Assembly (NCBI GenBank): GCA_030704615.1
Contig: CM060731.1
Location: 43,338,001 to 43,402,000 of the forward strand
Direction: 5' to 3'
DNA: 64,000 bases
From: Takakia lepidozioides
Lineage: Eukaryota; Plantae; Bryophyta
This document shows, one piece after another, positions 13,075 through 25,469 of this stretch. Below the pieces are notes generated by a model, which was given only the letters and a program-made list of their open reading frames with translations, did not search any database and was not told the DNA's origin. Both the position numbers and the translations under genes were made by a program. How positions within the stretch are numbered: position 1 is the stretch's first letter; the number at the start of each line of letters is the position of its first letter.

Positions 13075-14805
13075 CCATATCGGAACCACAGCTTCACTTC
13101 ACCAACATTCAGCACAAGAGGAGCAGAGCAGGGCATACAAGAGCTTGGTCGTTGATTGCGACACCTACAAAATGTACTCACGAGCCACAGACTCACATCA
13201 ACTTCACTGCCTTGCAGTACAAGAAGACCCGCGTAAGACAGCAGCATGCATCAACCCCTACCTTACAGTAGCACTCTCTCTCTGCCTACTACGAATGAGC
13301 ACCCCCAAATGACTCGCACTCACTCAAGCATCAATTCTGGACCAGCAATGTACATGACAGGGGGTGCAGGCTATTTGCAACTAAGTTGTGGCGTCTCTCC
13401 ATCTCGCATTGCTTCTCCCCTCCCCTCCCCTCCCCCTGCTGGTGCTACGTAAATGGACCCATGGCACGTGGCTGGGCACAAGGACAGTGAGCAGCGTTGG
13501 ATTACTGTTCCAGCTGATTTTTTCTCGAAGACCTCTCAATTCAGCTCTAACATGAATTAGGGGCAGTTTAGGCTTTGGTGTAGGCGGGCAGTTTAGGGTG
13601 TGGTTTGGGTGGGAGCACAGATGGACCACAGGAGTGCTTGAGGAGGCTTGCTGGATTTTTGCTGGTCCTGTGCAGCATGTCTAGTAGTTCGACATGCTTC
13701 CAACCCCCAGCCCCCTTGCTGAGCAACTTGCATCTCCACTTCCAGTTCTCTGTCTCCTCATGGGCTTGACCAACCTGCCCCAATTACAGTGTGGACCAGA
13801 TGCCAGGGCACATAGGCCGGATGCAGCCATGTATCTCCAACATCAATCTCTGTTATATACATTTCTCCCCCTGCTGTGCACCCCAATGGACAAATCACTC
13901 CACTACCAGGCAGCATACATGGACCAGAGCAGTGCTTGCCAAAGCCTGCTGGCTTTTTGCTGGGGCCGTACAATGTACATGCAATCCATATTCCATTGTG
14001 CAGCAAGTACCGGGACAAAAGGAGCCAACGGCTTGATGTGATGGCAGGGGCTTGCTGGTCTCACACATATGTGCAAAGTACCTGCTATGGGAATTACACC
14101 CCTTCCCCCCCCCTACTGGGGTCAGTTCCCTCAGCTCCTGTTTCAGTGCCCTCACTTGTTCATACACTCCCCCCAACCTCTCCACTCTATTTACCTATTT
14201 CACATCTACTAGTCTGGCATTTGTCTACTTTCCACTCTGCAACTGTGGGATCAAGTGCGTTACTAAAACCGTCATTCAAAAATTATGCTTTACACATTCC
14301 AGACCACTCCACTCTTCACCAAAAGTCCCCCATTTCAGGGGACAAAGTGGACTACTCAAATATATTCAAACATGATTTCACAATACATACTCAAATAAAT
14401 TTGCGTTGCATCAAACCAGTCATGTCAAAAATATTTAGTTTCAAGAATTCAGACATGAATCTACACTATATTCTCAGACTATCTTGGCTGAAACAAAGCA
14501 GTTCTGTACAAAATTTCTGACATAACCACAAAATGAGACAGGTCCTGCGCCCTTCAAGTACTCCATCTGTGCCTGCAAATACATATAAAATACCAAAACA
14601 CATAACTTAGAAACAACAATAAGTGTTAGAAATATTCTTCAACATCTCCTCTTGCTCTTGTTCTCCTTTAGTTCTCTCATTCAGTTTGCACATCCACTGG
14701 AAATTTCGACCATAAGTCCGCACCACGACCATCATCTTCTGCAAAACAATCACAATCACATATCAATATTGTGCAAATATGTATAGAAGCAAATAAAATG
14801 TTGAC

Positions 14806-15765
14806 TCACTCAGTGGGAGACGCAGTTGGCTCTCCCTTCTCGGAGTAGAACTGGTATCTGATCTTTGCGCGGTCAAAAATCGCGCAGACCACGAAGGCTT
14901 GGTGAAAGGTGAAAGGTGACCCCAGGCGTACATCTACTACTATGGACTCATCATAATGGTAGTGGATGTTGTACGAGAGTAGTTTGTACACATCATGAAG
15001 CTCTCTGAATATTTGACGCCGCTGGTCCTCATGAACGCGTCTTACTTTAAGCGCAATTCTAAGGGTCCTCATGAACTCCTGATCGCCCACAGTGAGCTCA
15101 CGGATATTGGCTCTAGCGGATCCGTGGTGTGATATTCGCCCACTTGCCACCGATTTCTCCGCCCAATGCTCTGGGCATTTGGAAACACAATTCGTAAATA
15201 TTAATACAAGTGGAGTTCAAAATTAGACATAACAAAAACTTCAATAAATTTCAATTGTTGCGGCGCACTCACCCAAGGCGGAACGCGTCAAGATCGTAGA
15301 ATAAACCGGCAACATCCTATCCACCCAAGCCACCGTCCTCTTCAATTCAATCTTCAGCTCTGAGACCTCAGCAACCCTCAAATCAGTCAAATCAGCCTTA
15401 ATCTTCAGCTCTGAGACCTCAGCAGCCCTCAAATCCGCCTTACTCTTCAGCTCTGAGACCTCAGCAGCCCTCAAATCCGCCTTACTCTTCAGCTCTGAGA
15501 CCTCAGCAGCCCTCAAATCCGCCTTACTCTTCAGCTCTGAGACCTCAGCAGCCCTCAAATCCGCCTTAATCTTCAGCTCTGAGACCTCAGCAGCCCTCAA
15601 ATCCGCCTTAATCTTCAGCTCTGAGACCTCAGCAGTGAGTTCCTCAACCTTCTTGTACAGAGACTCGAATGGTACATCCTCGGAGCTGAACAACCTAGAT
15701 GGCACCAATCTTCGCAAACCCAAAGCATGAAAGCGCACTGAAATCTCCCGCATGGCCGCCATCAT
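14806..15765 (-). CDS. Two-exon protein of unknown function with a 14-aa coiled-coil repeat and a transit-peptide-like N-terminus
   Basis: Exon 15765-15273 ends TTGG|GTGAGT. An acceptor CAG at 15173-15171 resumes in frame (EHWAEKSVASGRISHH...) to the stop at 14806. The repeat AAEVSELK(I/S)KADLR occurs about 7 times. Confidence 0.6.
15350..15635. repeat. 42-bp coding minisatellite, about 7 copies
   Basis: Unit CTTCAGCTCTGAGACCTCAGCAGCCCTCAAATCCGCCTTA(C/A)T repeated in tandem. Confidence 0.92.
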
Positions 15766-15849
15766 CCTGCAGTTGCTTACACATGTCAATATGGAAAGTA
15801 GAAGTGGTGATTGAACATAGACCCCTACTCTCAATCAAATTGCCAGCTG

Positions 15850-16700
15850 AACTGTGCTAATTTCCTTGTCAAAGGTGAGGTGGTCTTATTGGGTGACTTC
15901 AATGCCCCACCATTGGGCCTTTTGGTGAGGATGAACTGAATTTCTAATGGAAGACGGTCAGATAAACTGTCCCAAAGAACTTTAACTTTCAACCTTGAAT
16001 AATAGGTCAAAAGGAGACCTAATGCACTGGACCTGTAAAACCACCAAGCTGTTCTTTATGCCCATTTAAGCTGACAAGCTGAGTTCCATACACATCACAA
16101 GGGAATCTACCCATCTATCCTCAATTTTATGGACCTACCAAACTGTAATATATTTTTGGAGCTTCATCATTTCAATACCCATTTTGAGCTGAAAGCCCAA
16201 ACTGAGGAACCATCCATTGTGGATTACCAAGCTTAAGGGATACCGTGGTACCCATGATAAACCATTACGGCATGATTTGATATTACGAACAGAACAGGTA
16301 TCATAGTGGACAAGAGTTTGTTTCCCCACAGTGCCAGTGTGTTGATTGACAGAACTGATATTAGTACCTCTGACCACGTCTTGGTTTGGACTAAGATCAA
16401 AAGGTGTTTCCCCAACACCAAAAGATCTGTGAAATGTTTGATTTGGAAGTGGCACATACAAAAATTTCCAAAATGAAGAGGTCAAGGCTGCATATGTCCA
16501 GGCCTTGCAAGAGGTTCTCCCTCACTTGGTCTATTCGCTCCAAGACTGGCAGTGCAAGAAATGAAGTCAAAAGAGGTGTGGATTCTTGGGAGAGTTTCAT
16601 CTCCTCAGTGGCTGACAAGATCATAGGGAGGACACTAACTATCAAAGTACCTAAAAAGATATGTATGTCAACGTATGCCACAATCATACTCTACACAAAA
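15850..16700 (+). mobile_element. Degenerate LINE apurinic-endonuclease (APE) domain relic
   Basis: GTGGTCTTATTGGGTGACTTCAATGCC = VVLLGDFNA (~15880) and ACCTCTGACCACGTCTTGGTTTGG = TSDHVLVW (~16366) are the APE motifs, in the right order; many stops. Confidence 0.65.
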
Positions 16701-16995
16701 CCAAGACAACAACAATGCAAATTCCATTTCAGAAGTGTCTTTTGCCTACCTCTACACATCAGGTCAACTCAGCATGGAGAAAGGAAACAGTGTGCATTAA
16801 TCCGCAGGGATGGTGGTAAGAACAGCAAGCATCCTTTGATGCATTCTATGATTCATATCTAGTTGTGGAAGAAAGAACGAAAGAAGCCCACATACAGAGA
16901 CAGAAAAACAGAGCCACAGTAGAGATTGTGGGCAGGACACAATGCGAGTCAGAAATTGAGCGGGAAGATATCTTTTACAAAACAGAGAGACGTAC

Positions 16996-17229
16996 GTTGC
17001 GGAAAGAAAGTGGATGAAGATCTTGGCACTTTCAGAGAAGGCAAGAAGAGCGTCCTTATTCACAGGAATATCCTTCTCTCCTCCCAGTGCGCATGGGCGA
17101 GCTCCGCAAGCTTCCCTTTCACAATTCTCTTCACATTGGCCTGCGGTAGGTCTCACTCTCTGGCCCTGCTGCCGTCCCTCCTCCCCTCTTCTCTCCCTCT
17201 TCCCTTGCAGACTTGTCTTCTCCCAACAT
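16996..17229 (-). pseudogene. Histone-fold DPB4/POLE3 (NF-YB11-like) first exon, frameshifted
   Basis: DLPQANVKRIVKGKLAE...KDIPVNKDALLAFSESAKIFIHFLSAT|GT. Reading from the ATG at 17229 needs two 1-nt frameshifts; downstream exons were not found. Confidence 0.75.
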
Positions 17230-19450
17230 CTCTTGTACGGGTTTGACATAGACCTAATTGACAGACAAAATGGTTTAGGATGGGAACATGTTCTCTGTTC
17301 CCAATCAAAATGAGCGTTCAGACGTTCAGACCCGGATCCGCTCCGGCCCACTTCGTCTCCTTCTTAGCTTCCTTGTTGAACCGTCTGCAGGGAACAGGGA
17401 TTCATGATTACAAAAATGTTTTGAAAAAATAAAGTTTAATCAGGATAACAAGGGGTACTCTTTATCCAATTATTTTTCTCATTGCCCCTAATTTTGGTCT
17501 CTTGGAAGTTTGATCCTTGGACCAGTTAAATTTTATTTAATCTAAAGCCAGATAAATATCTGATATGATCCTCTACAATTGTTCACTATATTTTGTGTTC
17601 CTTGAGGTGTAACCGAATACCACTTACACCATTGGGTTTCGACCCTTGGACCACTGGCATGGCAGGTGAAGCCCTCTGTGGCATCATGCCAGCACTAGTG
17701 GTGTGAAACAATGATGATTTATGCAAGTCGCCCTTGTTTAATCTGTAACATATCATGTTATGATTATAGGGCAACATACTGACTTACTTTTTGCCCCAAG
17801 TAAGCCAGTAACACATCATATTATGATGATGTACGTGGCAGCGTAATGGGGGGGCATACTCTTTCGTATGATCAAACGAGCTTTTGACGAACTCTGCATC
17901 CTAAGGGTAACTTCCTGCTGTCAGAAATGAGATGCTCACAGGGAGGAGTTTGGACAAAGAATATGCAGACCACGGTGGTTTGTATAGCCCTACCTGATAA
18001 ACGCATTGGTATGGTAAATGGTCCTAATAATGCGCGGTTCGCAACAATGTTCCCAATATTGTGCACCTGATTGCGCAGTTTGGATGAATGTTATACGTTA
18101 TCATCCAGAACATTCCATCCACTTTCTACCTGTCACTTCCATGCATTCATCCACGCGCTTCATGCTTCTTGCTTCCCGCCTCTGCTCCCCACAGCTGATT
18201 GTCACGAGATCGGGCATTGCCATGGCGTGAACTCCATCGATCTGGCAGAGCAATTACAGACAAGGTCTCCATCAGATCTTCATAAAAATAATTGTCATCA
18301 CATTTTCCACAAAATATCCATGAAATAGGTCAATGCGGTTATGGAATCTGTCTCATACTCAAAATCGTGAACCTTACATCTACAACAATGGAGCGACAAT
18401 GAGGATGTAGCCACGAATGGTCAACTGAAAACAGCAGCGGCAGCATCACAATTGATAGAACAAGGCACTGCTAATGAAGGCACCTTCTTCAACACATTTC
18501 AGCCTATTTTTCCTATTATCAGAGTTGTCCCTAAATTTTCATGTTGAATTCTGCAAGTTAGCTCGTTGGTGTAAGAGGGCCGGATTTTTTATCTCATAAG
18601 TGGTTTTGATGGGGGCCGTATCAAATCTGAGTACAGGTGGTGAAGCAGTTCAGGATTCCACATCTGTTTGAACTTCCTATTAGACCCGAAGTAAGTACTC
18701 ATTGTGGTTAGCTCCTTTTCAAGGGTATACTGTTTTTTCTCAATGCGGATCACTTTTCTGATTGAATAATGTAAGAGTTTGACAGATTCTTTGAAATTGT
18801 GTGGCAATAATCCACTGATATTCCCAAATAATCAAATCTGAAGGATGAATGTCTATATCCGGTCTCTGTCATTGAAGGATCAACATGTATTATGGGACGG
18901 AAGAGCAAGATCGTTGAGTGCAGGAATGTGGTCAAATTCACTGACACACATGTACAAACTATTAAATATGTGGGTCTATATTTTACGTAGAGATTTACAT
19001 ATCTAAGTACAATGCACATACGTGCACTGAACATAAGGGCCATGTTGTCTATTGGGCAGGTTTTTCCAGCAAATCAAGAGAACTTCCACAAAAGTACAGA
19101 CAAGGCATACAGGAAGGCAATGGCACAACTGCTTCCCAATGAACTGTCAGGATTGCTATAGGTGAAGGGTCGCGGCAAAGATCTAAGGACAGAAAAATTG
19201 GTGTGGAGGCCAACAAGGGTCCCAAGCTTGGAAAACCTATGATTTAGGCCGCATGCGGCAGGTCCTTCTGAAGCTGAAGCAAAATACAGGGTGGATCTGC
19301 TTGCCAATTGTTTGACGTGTGACAAGGGAGATGTATCCACTCTGTTTCTAGGTGTACATGTGCTAAGGGAGAATAGGGTGAATAAGGTAGCACAAAATGG
19401 TGAAAGCGTGCAAGGGGTCTTCTCTGTGGGGGAAGAGAGTTCATCGTGTC

Positions 19451-20821
19451 ATGACACCTGCCCCGAGATTCGAACGAAAATGTAAGGAGCGTGGCAAGTG
19501 GACAGAAGAATCAATGAAAGAAGCTCTCGAAAGCATTCAGTCAGGGCAAATGGGCCTTCGCGCAGCTGCAAGATTGTACAACATTCCTGAATCTACCATC
19601 CACAGCTGGAAAACAAAGAAGGTGACATCCAGGAAACTTGGCCCACCCACTGCTTTGAGACCAGATGAAAGTGCACTGGTGAAATGGTGTGAGGATATGC
19701 AAGTTGTAGCCCATTGTGTATCTTTGCAGATGTTAAAAAGCAAAGTCAAGCAAATTTGTGAAGGTCGTTCCACACCTTTCAAAGCTGGGATGCCCGGGAA
19801 TAAGTGGTGGAGGTTTTTCCAATTGAGGCACCCACACCTTGTTTTGCGGACTCCACAATGACTCGATGTTAAGAGAGCAAAGAATGTGAGTCCAAAGTGA
19901 TGTAGTACCTTCTACAAGTTCATTGGTGAAACATATGCCAGGTCCAAGTTCTTACCATCTCATGTGTGGAATGTCGACGAAACAGGACTTTCAGCAAACA
20001 TAAAGATTGGTAGAGCCAAAATCATTGCAAGGAAAGGAAGCAAGGCAGTTTTGACTAGGAGTTCTGGTAATCGAGAATGGCTGACAGTTGTAGTTTGCAT
20101 CAACGCAAGTGGACAACGGATACCATCTCAATACATTTTTTTTTCTTCTGGAAATTCAATTCGTGATAACTATATCATCAACTGCGAAGCAAGCAGGGGC
20201 AAGAATGAGTGTGTAGCCAAGTGGGTGGATGAATAATGACCTGTTTCATTGAGTGGTTAAAGCACTTTCAGCAGTCCGTGCCTAGAGGAGTAAGTCCTGA
20301 CAACCCACAAATTTTTCTCCTGTTGGATGGCCATGGAAGCCATCTCACAGAGGAGGCTGTGAAAATTGCGCGAGATAAGGGTTTACAAGTGGCCCTACTA
20401 CACCCTCACACTTCACATAGGCTTCAACTATTGGATGTGGCAGTCTTCCGAGCATTCAAGCTAAGGTTCGGCCAGCTGCGGGAAGAGATGATTGCAGCGA
20501 ACCCAAAGTGGTTGAATGGCAATGGCAATAAGGTGGCATTGGCAACTTTGGCATCTCAGGCCCTAGAGGCAGCTTGCACTATGGAGAACATTAAAGCAGG
20601 GTTCCGCAAAACAGGGATATTTCCATTAGATCCACATGCTCTTGACTCTCATATGGGCCCCAAGTACAATATTTGACTCAAATGACCTTGACAGGGGTTC
20701 AACCTCAAGTTCAGGGCATCATGAAGACTCGGGGTCTGACAAAGAATCAACCCATGAGAGCCCTTTTAATGACAACATTGAAAATCCACCAGAGTCTCTC
20801 TTGGACCAACACATTTCTGAG
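19451..20821 (+). pseudogene. pogo-like transposase: psq HTH, CENP-B HTH and DDE_1 domain (DD35D)
   Basis: KWTEESMKEAL..GLRAAARLYNIPESTI; GNKWWRFFQLRHP; WNVDETG; LLLDGHGSH, then 35 residues, then QLLDVAVF; NIKAGFRKTGIFP. Stops at 19859 and ~19898, plus frameshifts. Confidence 0.88.
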
Positions 20822-22776
20822 GTATGTGGTGTTCAATAACACCATTGTAACATAAACTCCTTAGGTACCTGGAGGCAGCAAAGGTGGAGGTAAATCTTGT
20901 TCCACCGATTCTTTCACTGCTTGCCTATATCTTCTGTTGATGGAGTCTTCGTCACAGTCATTGTCTTGAGGAGCACTTACCTCCTTACCTTTGCGTCGAG
21001 TCCGCCCAGACGATGCTCTTCCGTGCTACTTCTTTCTCCGCCCTTATCCTCTCACGAATTGCTTTGGCAATCTCTTTCTGTTGCCTGCAGTTCTTCTTGC
21101 CTTTTATGACGTTCAGCTTGCTTTTGTTCTTTGTCTTTGGCCCTCTGGAGGCGGCCAACTTCCAATTTCTCAAGCCTTTTTTTCTTCCTTTCCTCTATAT
21201 CAAGTTTGGGTTGTTGGCCAGCTAAGACCTTTGCTTCCTTCTACAACCGTTGCTCTCTCAAATACTCCTCATGCTCCGGGCCAGTGATGCACGCTTGCGA
21301 TGCAATAGTCTGCCCTCGAACTTCTATAATACGAGGTGGCGGGAGGCTTGGTAATGTAAGAAGATCCACAAGTGTCGGCCTAGGCTCATCAATGCTAAGT
21401 TGTGACACACGTTGTCCGGCCTCTTTGAACACCCACCGATTGCAGGTGGTGAGCCGACCTCTCTGAATCAAAGACCACTCGAACTGTGCATGATAGTTTT
21501 CTTGCCAATGAATTTGATCGACAGGCACTTATAATTAGGTGAGTTGGTTGTTTACACACTCGCCCTGGCTGCAGATTTGATACACTTCACCCCGTGCCCC
21601 TTGAGGCGGAAGAGGATCCAAATCCAGCTCTTTGCAGCAAACTCTAGCTAAAAACTCAACTTGGAACTAGGAAGCAAGCTATAGAGAAGTGTTGAACTAG
21701 ACAAGGTGGTTTGAACACGTGTTCTGGAGAAACGGATGGCACTATTGTACATGAGGATAGAAGACTTATCTTACAGAGACTTGATGTGATGGTTTTGCTT
21801 TCATGACTACATATATCTTGTGCTTGTGTTTGTATCTTTGTCTGACACTCACCTCTCGACCCAATTCATGCTCACCCATTTCCATGTTAAGGCAAACTTT
21901 CGAATGCCTGCTCTTCAAATATAATTTGCACAGTTCATTGATTTTTCGAGGATTTACCGAGTTTCTTCTGACAACAATTTCTGCTCCTGAAACCTAAGGT
22001 TTTTTTTGTGGGAATGAGTACTTATGTGTTGAAGCTTGCATGTGTGGTTGCAGGGAACAAGATGACATCGGATCTGGATGAGCTGAGTGCTAGCGTGGAG
22101 CGCTTGGGTGATGTTGGACTCACCATTCACGAGGAGTTGTCTGGACAGGTGTTTTCTCACCATTGCCTACTCAGTTGTTTGATTGGGTTGCCAACCTAGT
22201 AGACAATCATAACACATTGGACTCTCAAACTCACGTAGTTATGGGTCTCTCTCTTTCTTCCATCCGTCCTCTCCCCTGACCAGCAGAGTAGGATGTTGTC
22301 TCCATGTGATATGGTCATGGTTGTCTCTCTTGTTTGTGAAATGAGAGCTGATTGGACCTACTTGTGATCCACTCACAGACTCCCCCCCCCTCCCTTAGCT
22401 CGTTTGTCTCTGTTGTTAAGACAGGGGATAGAAGCTTGTTTTCCTTTGGTTGGTTGTGTGTGCCGTAAGCTCGTTGGGGGTCCCATGAGTGGTACAAAGA
22501 ATCTTTTTTCTGATGGTCAAAACTATCGGTCATGGCATGTCATTCACAGCTTGGATAAGGCAAAAACAATAGGTGGACCAATCTGTGTGGGATGCAATGG
22601 TGTTGGCAGGAGAGAATTATTGATGACTTGGCTCATGACATGAACAACACATCTACCAGGCTTGAGTTTGTTCAGGTAGGTCATCTGTCACAGCTACCCT
22701 CCCTTCCTATCCAAGACAATCAAAGAGCTCAGTTTGCCTAGTGAGTGAGCATTTCGTTTGTGTACATGACGGTGTG

Positions 22777-23693
22777 TGTCAGAGAAATATTTCTTTGAAA
22801 GACTACTTTGCATACATGTTATGCATTAAGCATTGTGACTCGTCTTGAGGTAACAGGGAAATGGGAATGTCTCTGCGGGTTGGTGCGAGAAAAGGTTGGC
22901 TATCGTGATGAAGAAGGCTGGATGGAAGGGACGTGATGATGATTGTCTTTCTGGTCTTATTGACTATTCTCACCTTCCTTGTTGTTTCTGTGTAAGCCGT
23001 TTCATGCGCAAAAGTAAAGCTGTATGAGAGTCCTCACATTGCAAATGAAGTCATTGTGAAAACAATAGAATTTGTTCCAAAAAGTGGATTTTGAGGGGGT
23101 TTGATTATGTCTCCAAACCTGAGCTGTGAAGCTGGACAGACAACATGAACCGGATATTCTGGGGATCTACTTACACTTTCAACTTCTTTCCAAAAATAAG
23201 ATTTAAGGCATAGCGAGATAGGTTGTATCTGCGGTGCTCCCTTGTTTCTCCTATCAGCTAGAGTGAGAGTGCAGCCATTGGCTGTCCTGCAATTTTAGTT
23301 GTGACTTTTACCATGAGGGTATAGTCCCTTGTGGAGACTGGAGAGAGAGCCACATAGGCCTGACATTGTCCTTTGTGTCTTATGAAGTACAAATACTTAT
23401 TGGCCTTTGGATGTTTGGTTCCAAGTCAAGAGATTTCATGCATTGTTGGGTCTAGCAATGTATCTCACTCCGGGATCAATGATCATAAACTGAAGAAAAG
23501 AAAATGTGTTTGGTCCTAATATTGCGCACTTGATTGCGCTAGATCCCATACCCATTGCATGAAAACCTGATGGGTTATTCTCAATTTTATAGATTTCACA
23601 TAATGAAAAATATGTATGGGTTGCCAACTGTAAAAAAAAAGACCCATGTAAAAGAAAAACTGAAATTCCATTAGGTTAAGCAAAATGTGACAG
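22777..23693. repeat. Direct repeat, copy 2 of 1-835
   Basis: Same sequence as 1-835; ends 8 bp before inverted arm B starts. Confidence 0.9.
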
Positions 23694-25469
23694 GTGCATG
23701 CTGAAAGTGAGCATTATTAGGACCATTTACCGTAGTGCGCTTCCATGATGCCTTGTCAAAGTCTTTTTGCCCTTGCAAGTGGCCCCTGGACGTGCTGTGT
23801 TACATTCCAGACAGACCAAGCCTTAGTCACAATTTGGGAGGGCGTGAAGATCATCCCTGAACTACAAGTGACTTGGCACTGACAGGATACAAGGGCTCGA
23901 TCATGATCTGACAGCAATGATCTCTGTACTACAAGCAATTCCGCAGGAATACTTTACAGGAACAATCCTGGAGGTTAAGCAGATTTCTTTCACAAAAATT
24001 GGGAATCCCTTACTTGATCTCTTCAGGGGGTGTCTCAATATTCTATGTGGAAGAGATTGGGGACCTTGCCTATGTGTTACAAGAGGCTGGTATCTCGATT
24101 GTGCAACCTGTATGGCGAAGGATGAATGCTGACAATCTTGATTACTTCTCGAGTGCCCTGCAAGATGCTAAAGTGTTGTCAGGGATTTTACGCTTTGATG
24201 ATGAGCATGCAGCAGTGGAGATCCTTTTGGCATCCTTACCCGAAGGAGTGATTACCTGATTGCTTTAGGGAAGGCTTCCATGTCATGGCGGCTTCTAGAG
24301 TGGATGTGTAAAATACCACTTAATGGAAGTGAAGGCAGACAAGGTATTTATGCAGATCACGACGAAAGGGATGGTGGTTATTGTCATCTTGACAGTCGGT
24401 TAAGATACGGCTTTCTGTTTGAACCAGACACAGCCCCGTGATTTTTTCCTGGATTTCTTGATCTCCTGCAGGGGCCAAGTGGTCTTTTCATCCCTGGAAT
24501 TTGTTGGTTATGTCCCAGTAGAATAACTGGAAGCAGGCTTTCTGGCCTTGCTGATGGACTAACCTTACACTTCTATGATTATATATCAGGGACTCTTGTA
24601 CCATTCTGGTACAGTGAGAATCTTATCAAAATGACTCCAGGAAAGATTATCTGGGACAGGGGATGTTTCAGCGTCTTTTGTGAAACTGGATTGAAACCCT
24701 GGATCTGCCTATGTGTTACGAGGAGCGACGGATTATGTAGATAATACAGGCCGAGATGCTCGGGCAGATGTCGAGATACTCTCTGCGGGGTGCTATCATA
24801 CTGCGTTGAATTTGCAGAAAGGCAATGCCACGATCCAGCAAATGGATCATGACCTGATAGCAGCAGATCCCGTGATGATGAATATGCAGAAAAGGCGGCA
24901 TCCCTGTGTGCCGCAGGGGGAGCCCGGTGCTCTCTTCGCCGAGTCCTCATCCAGGTATGCGCATGGTTTCCACTTTTCAGATTACCACCATGTCCACAAC
25001 CTGGTTGGCTTGCAGCATGTATCTGAAGGGTACGGTGATTATGCTACATTTGTTCCCTGTATCGTAGCCTGCTCCTTGGGTTTTGATGATGTTGTATCCG
25101 ATCTCGATAGCTACATGCAGACAGATTAATGGTTGATTGTTCCCTGTGGCTGAAATCTTTCCTTAAGGGTGTGGGCCTTGTGAGAAGTTTATTCCCTGTG
25201 ATATGGTTTGTGGTGCATGTGTAGCCAATGGCAATGTAGTTACATTGTTAATGAAGTATTGACTCGAGACATTAACATCACCCTAGAGAGCATCGTGTCC
25301 ACTCTGGCAATGTGCTCTCTAGTTAAACATGCAGGAAGCCTTCCATGGGGGCCCAGACTATTTTTGCCTTGCAGATTATATCAAGGAGTGCTTTGAATCC
25401 TTGGACCCTTCAAGTACTCAAGGGATTTGACTCTATGAAGGGCTTTGTGGTGTGATGTTTGAGGAGCAG

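Larger units (their letters stand above)
18012..23732 (+). mobile_element. pogo/Fot-like DNA transposon (IS630-Tc1-mariner group), defective, TA-flanked
   Basis: Left end TA|TGGTAAATGGTCCTAATAATGC and right end GCATTATTAGGACCATTTACCG|TA form a 22-bp TIR with 1 mismatch. They enclose a DDE_1 transposase. Confidence 0.7.
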
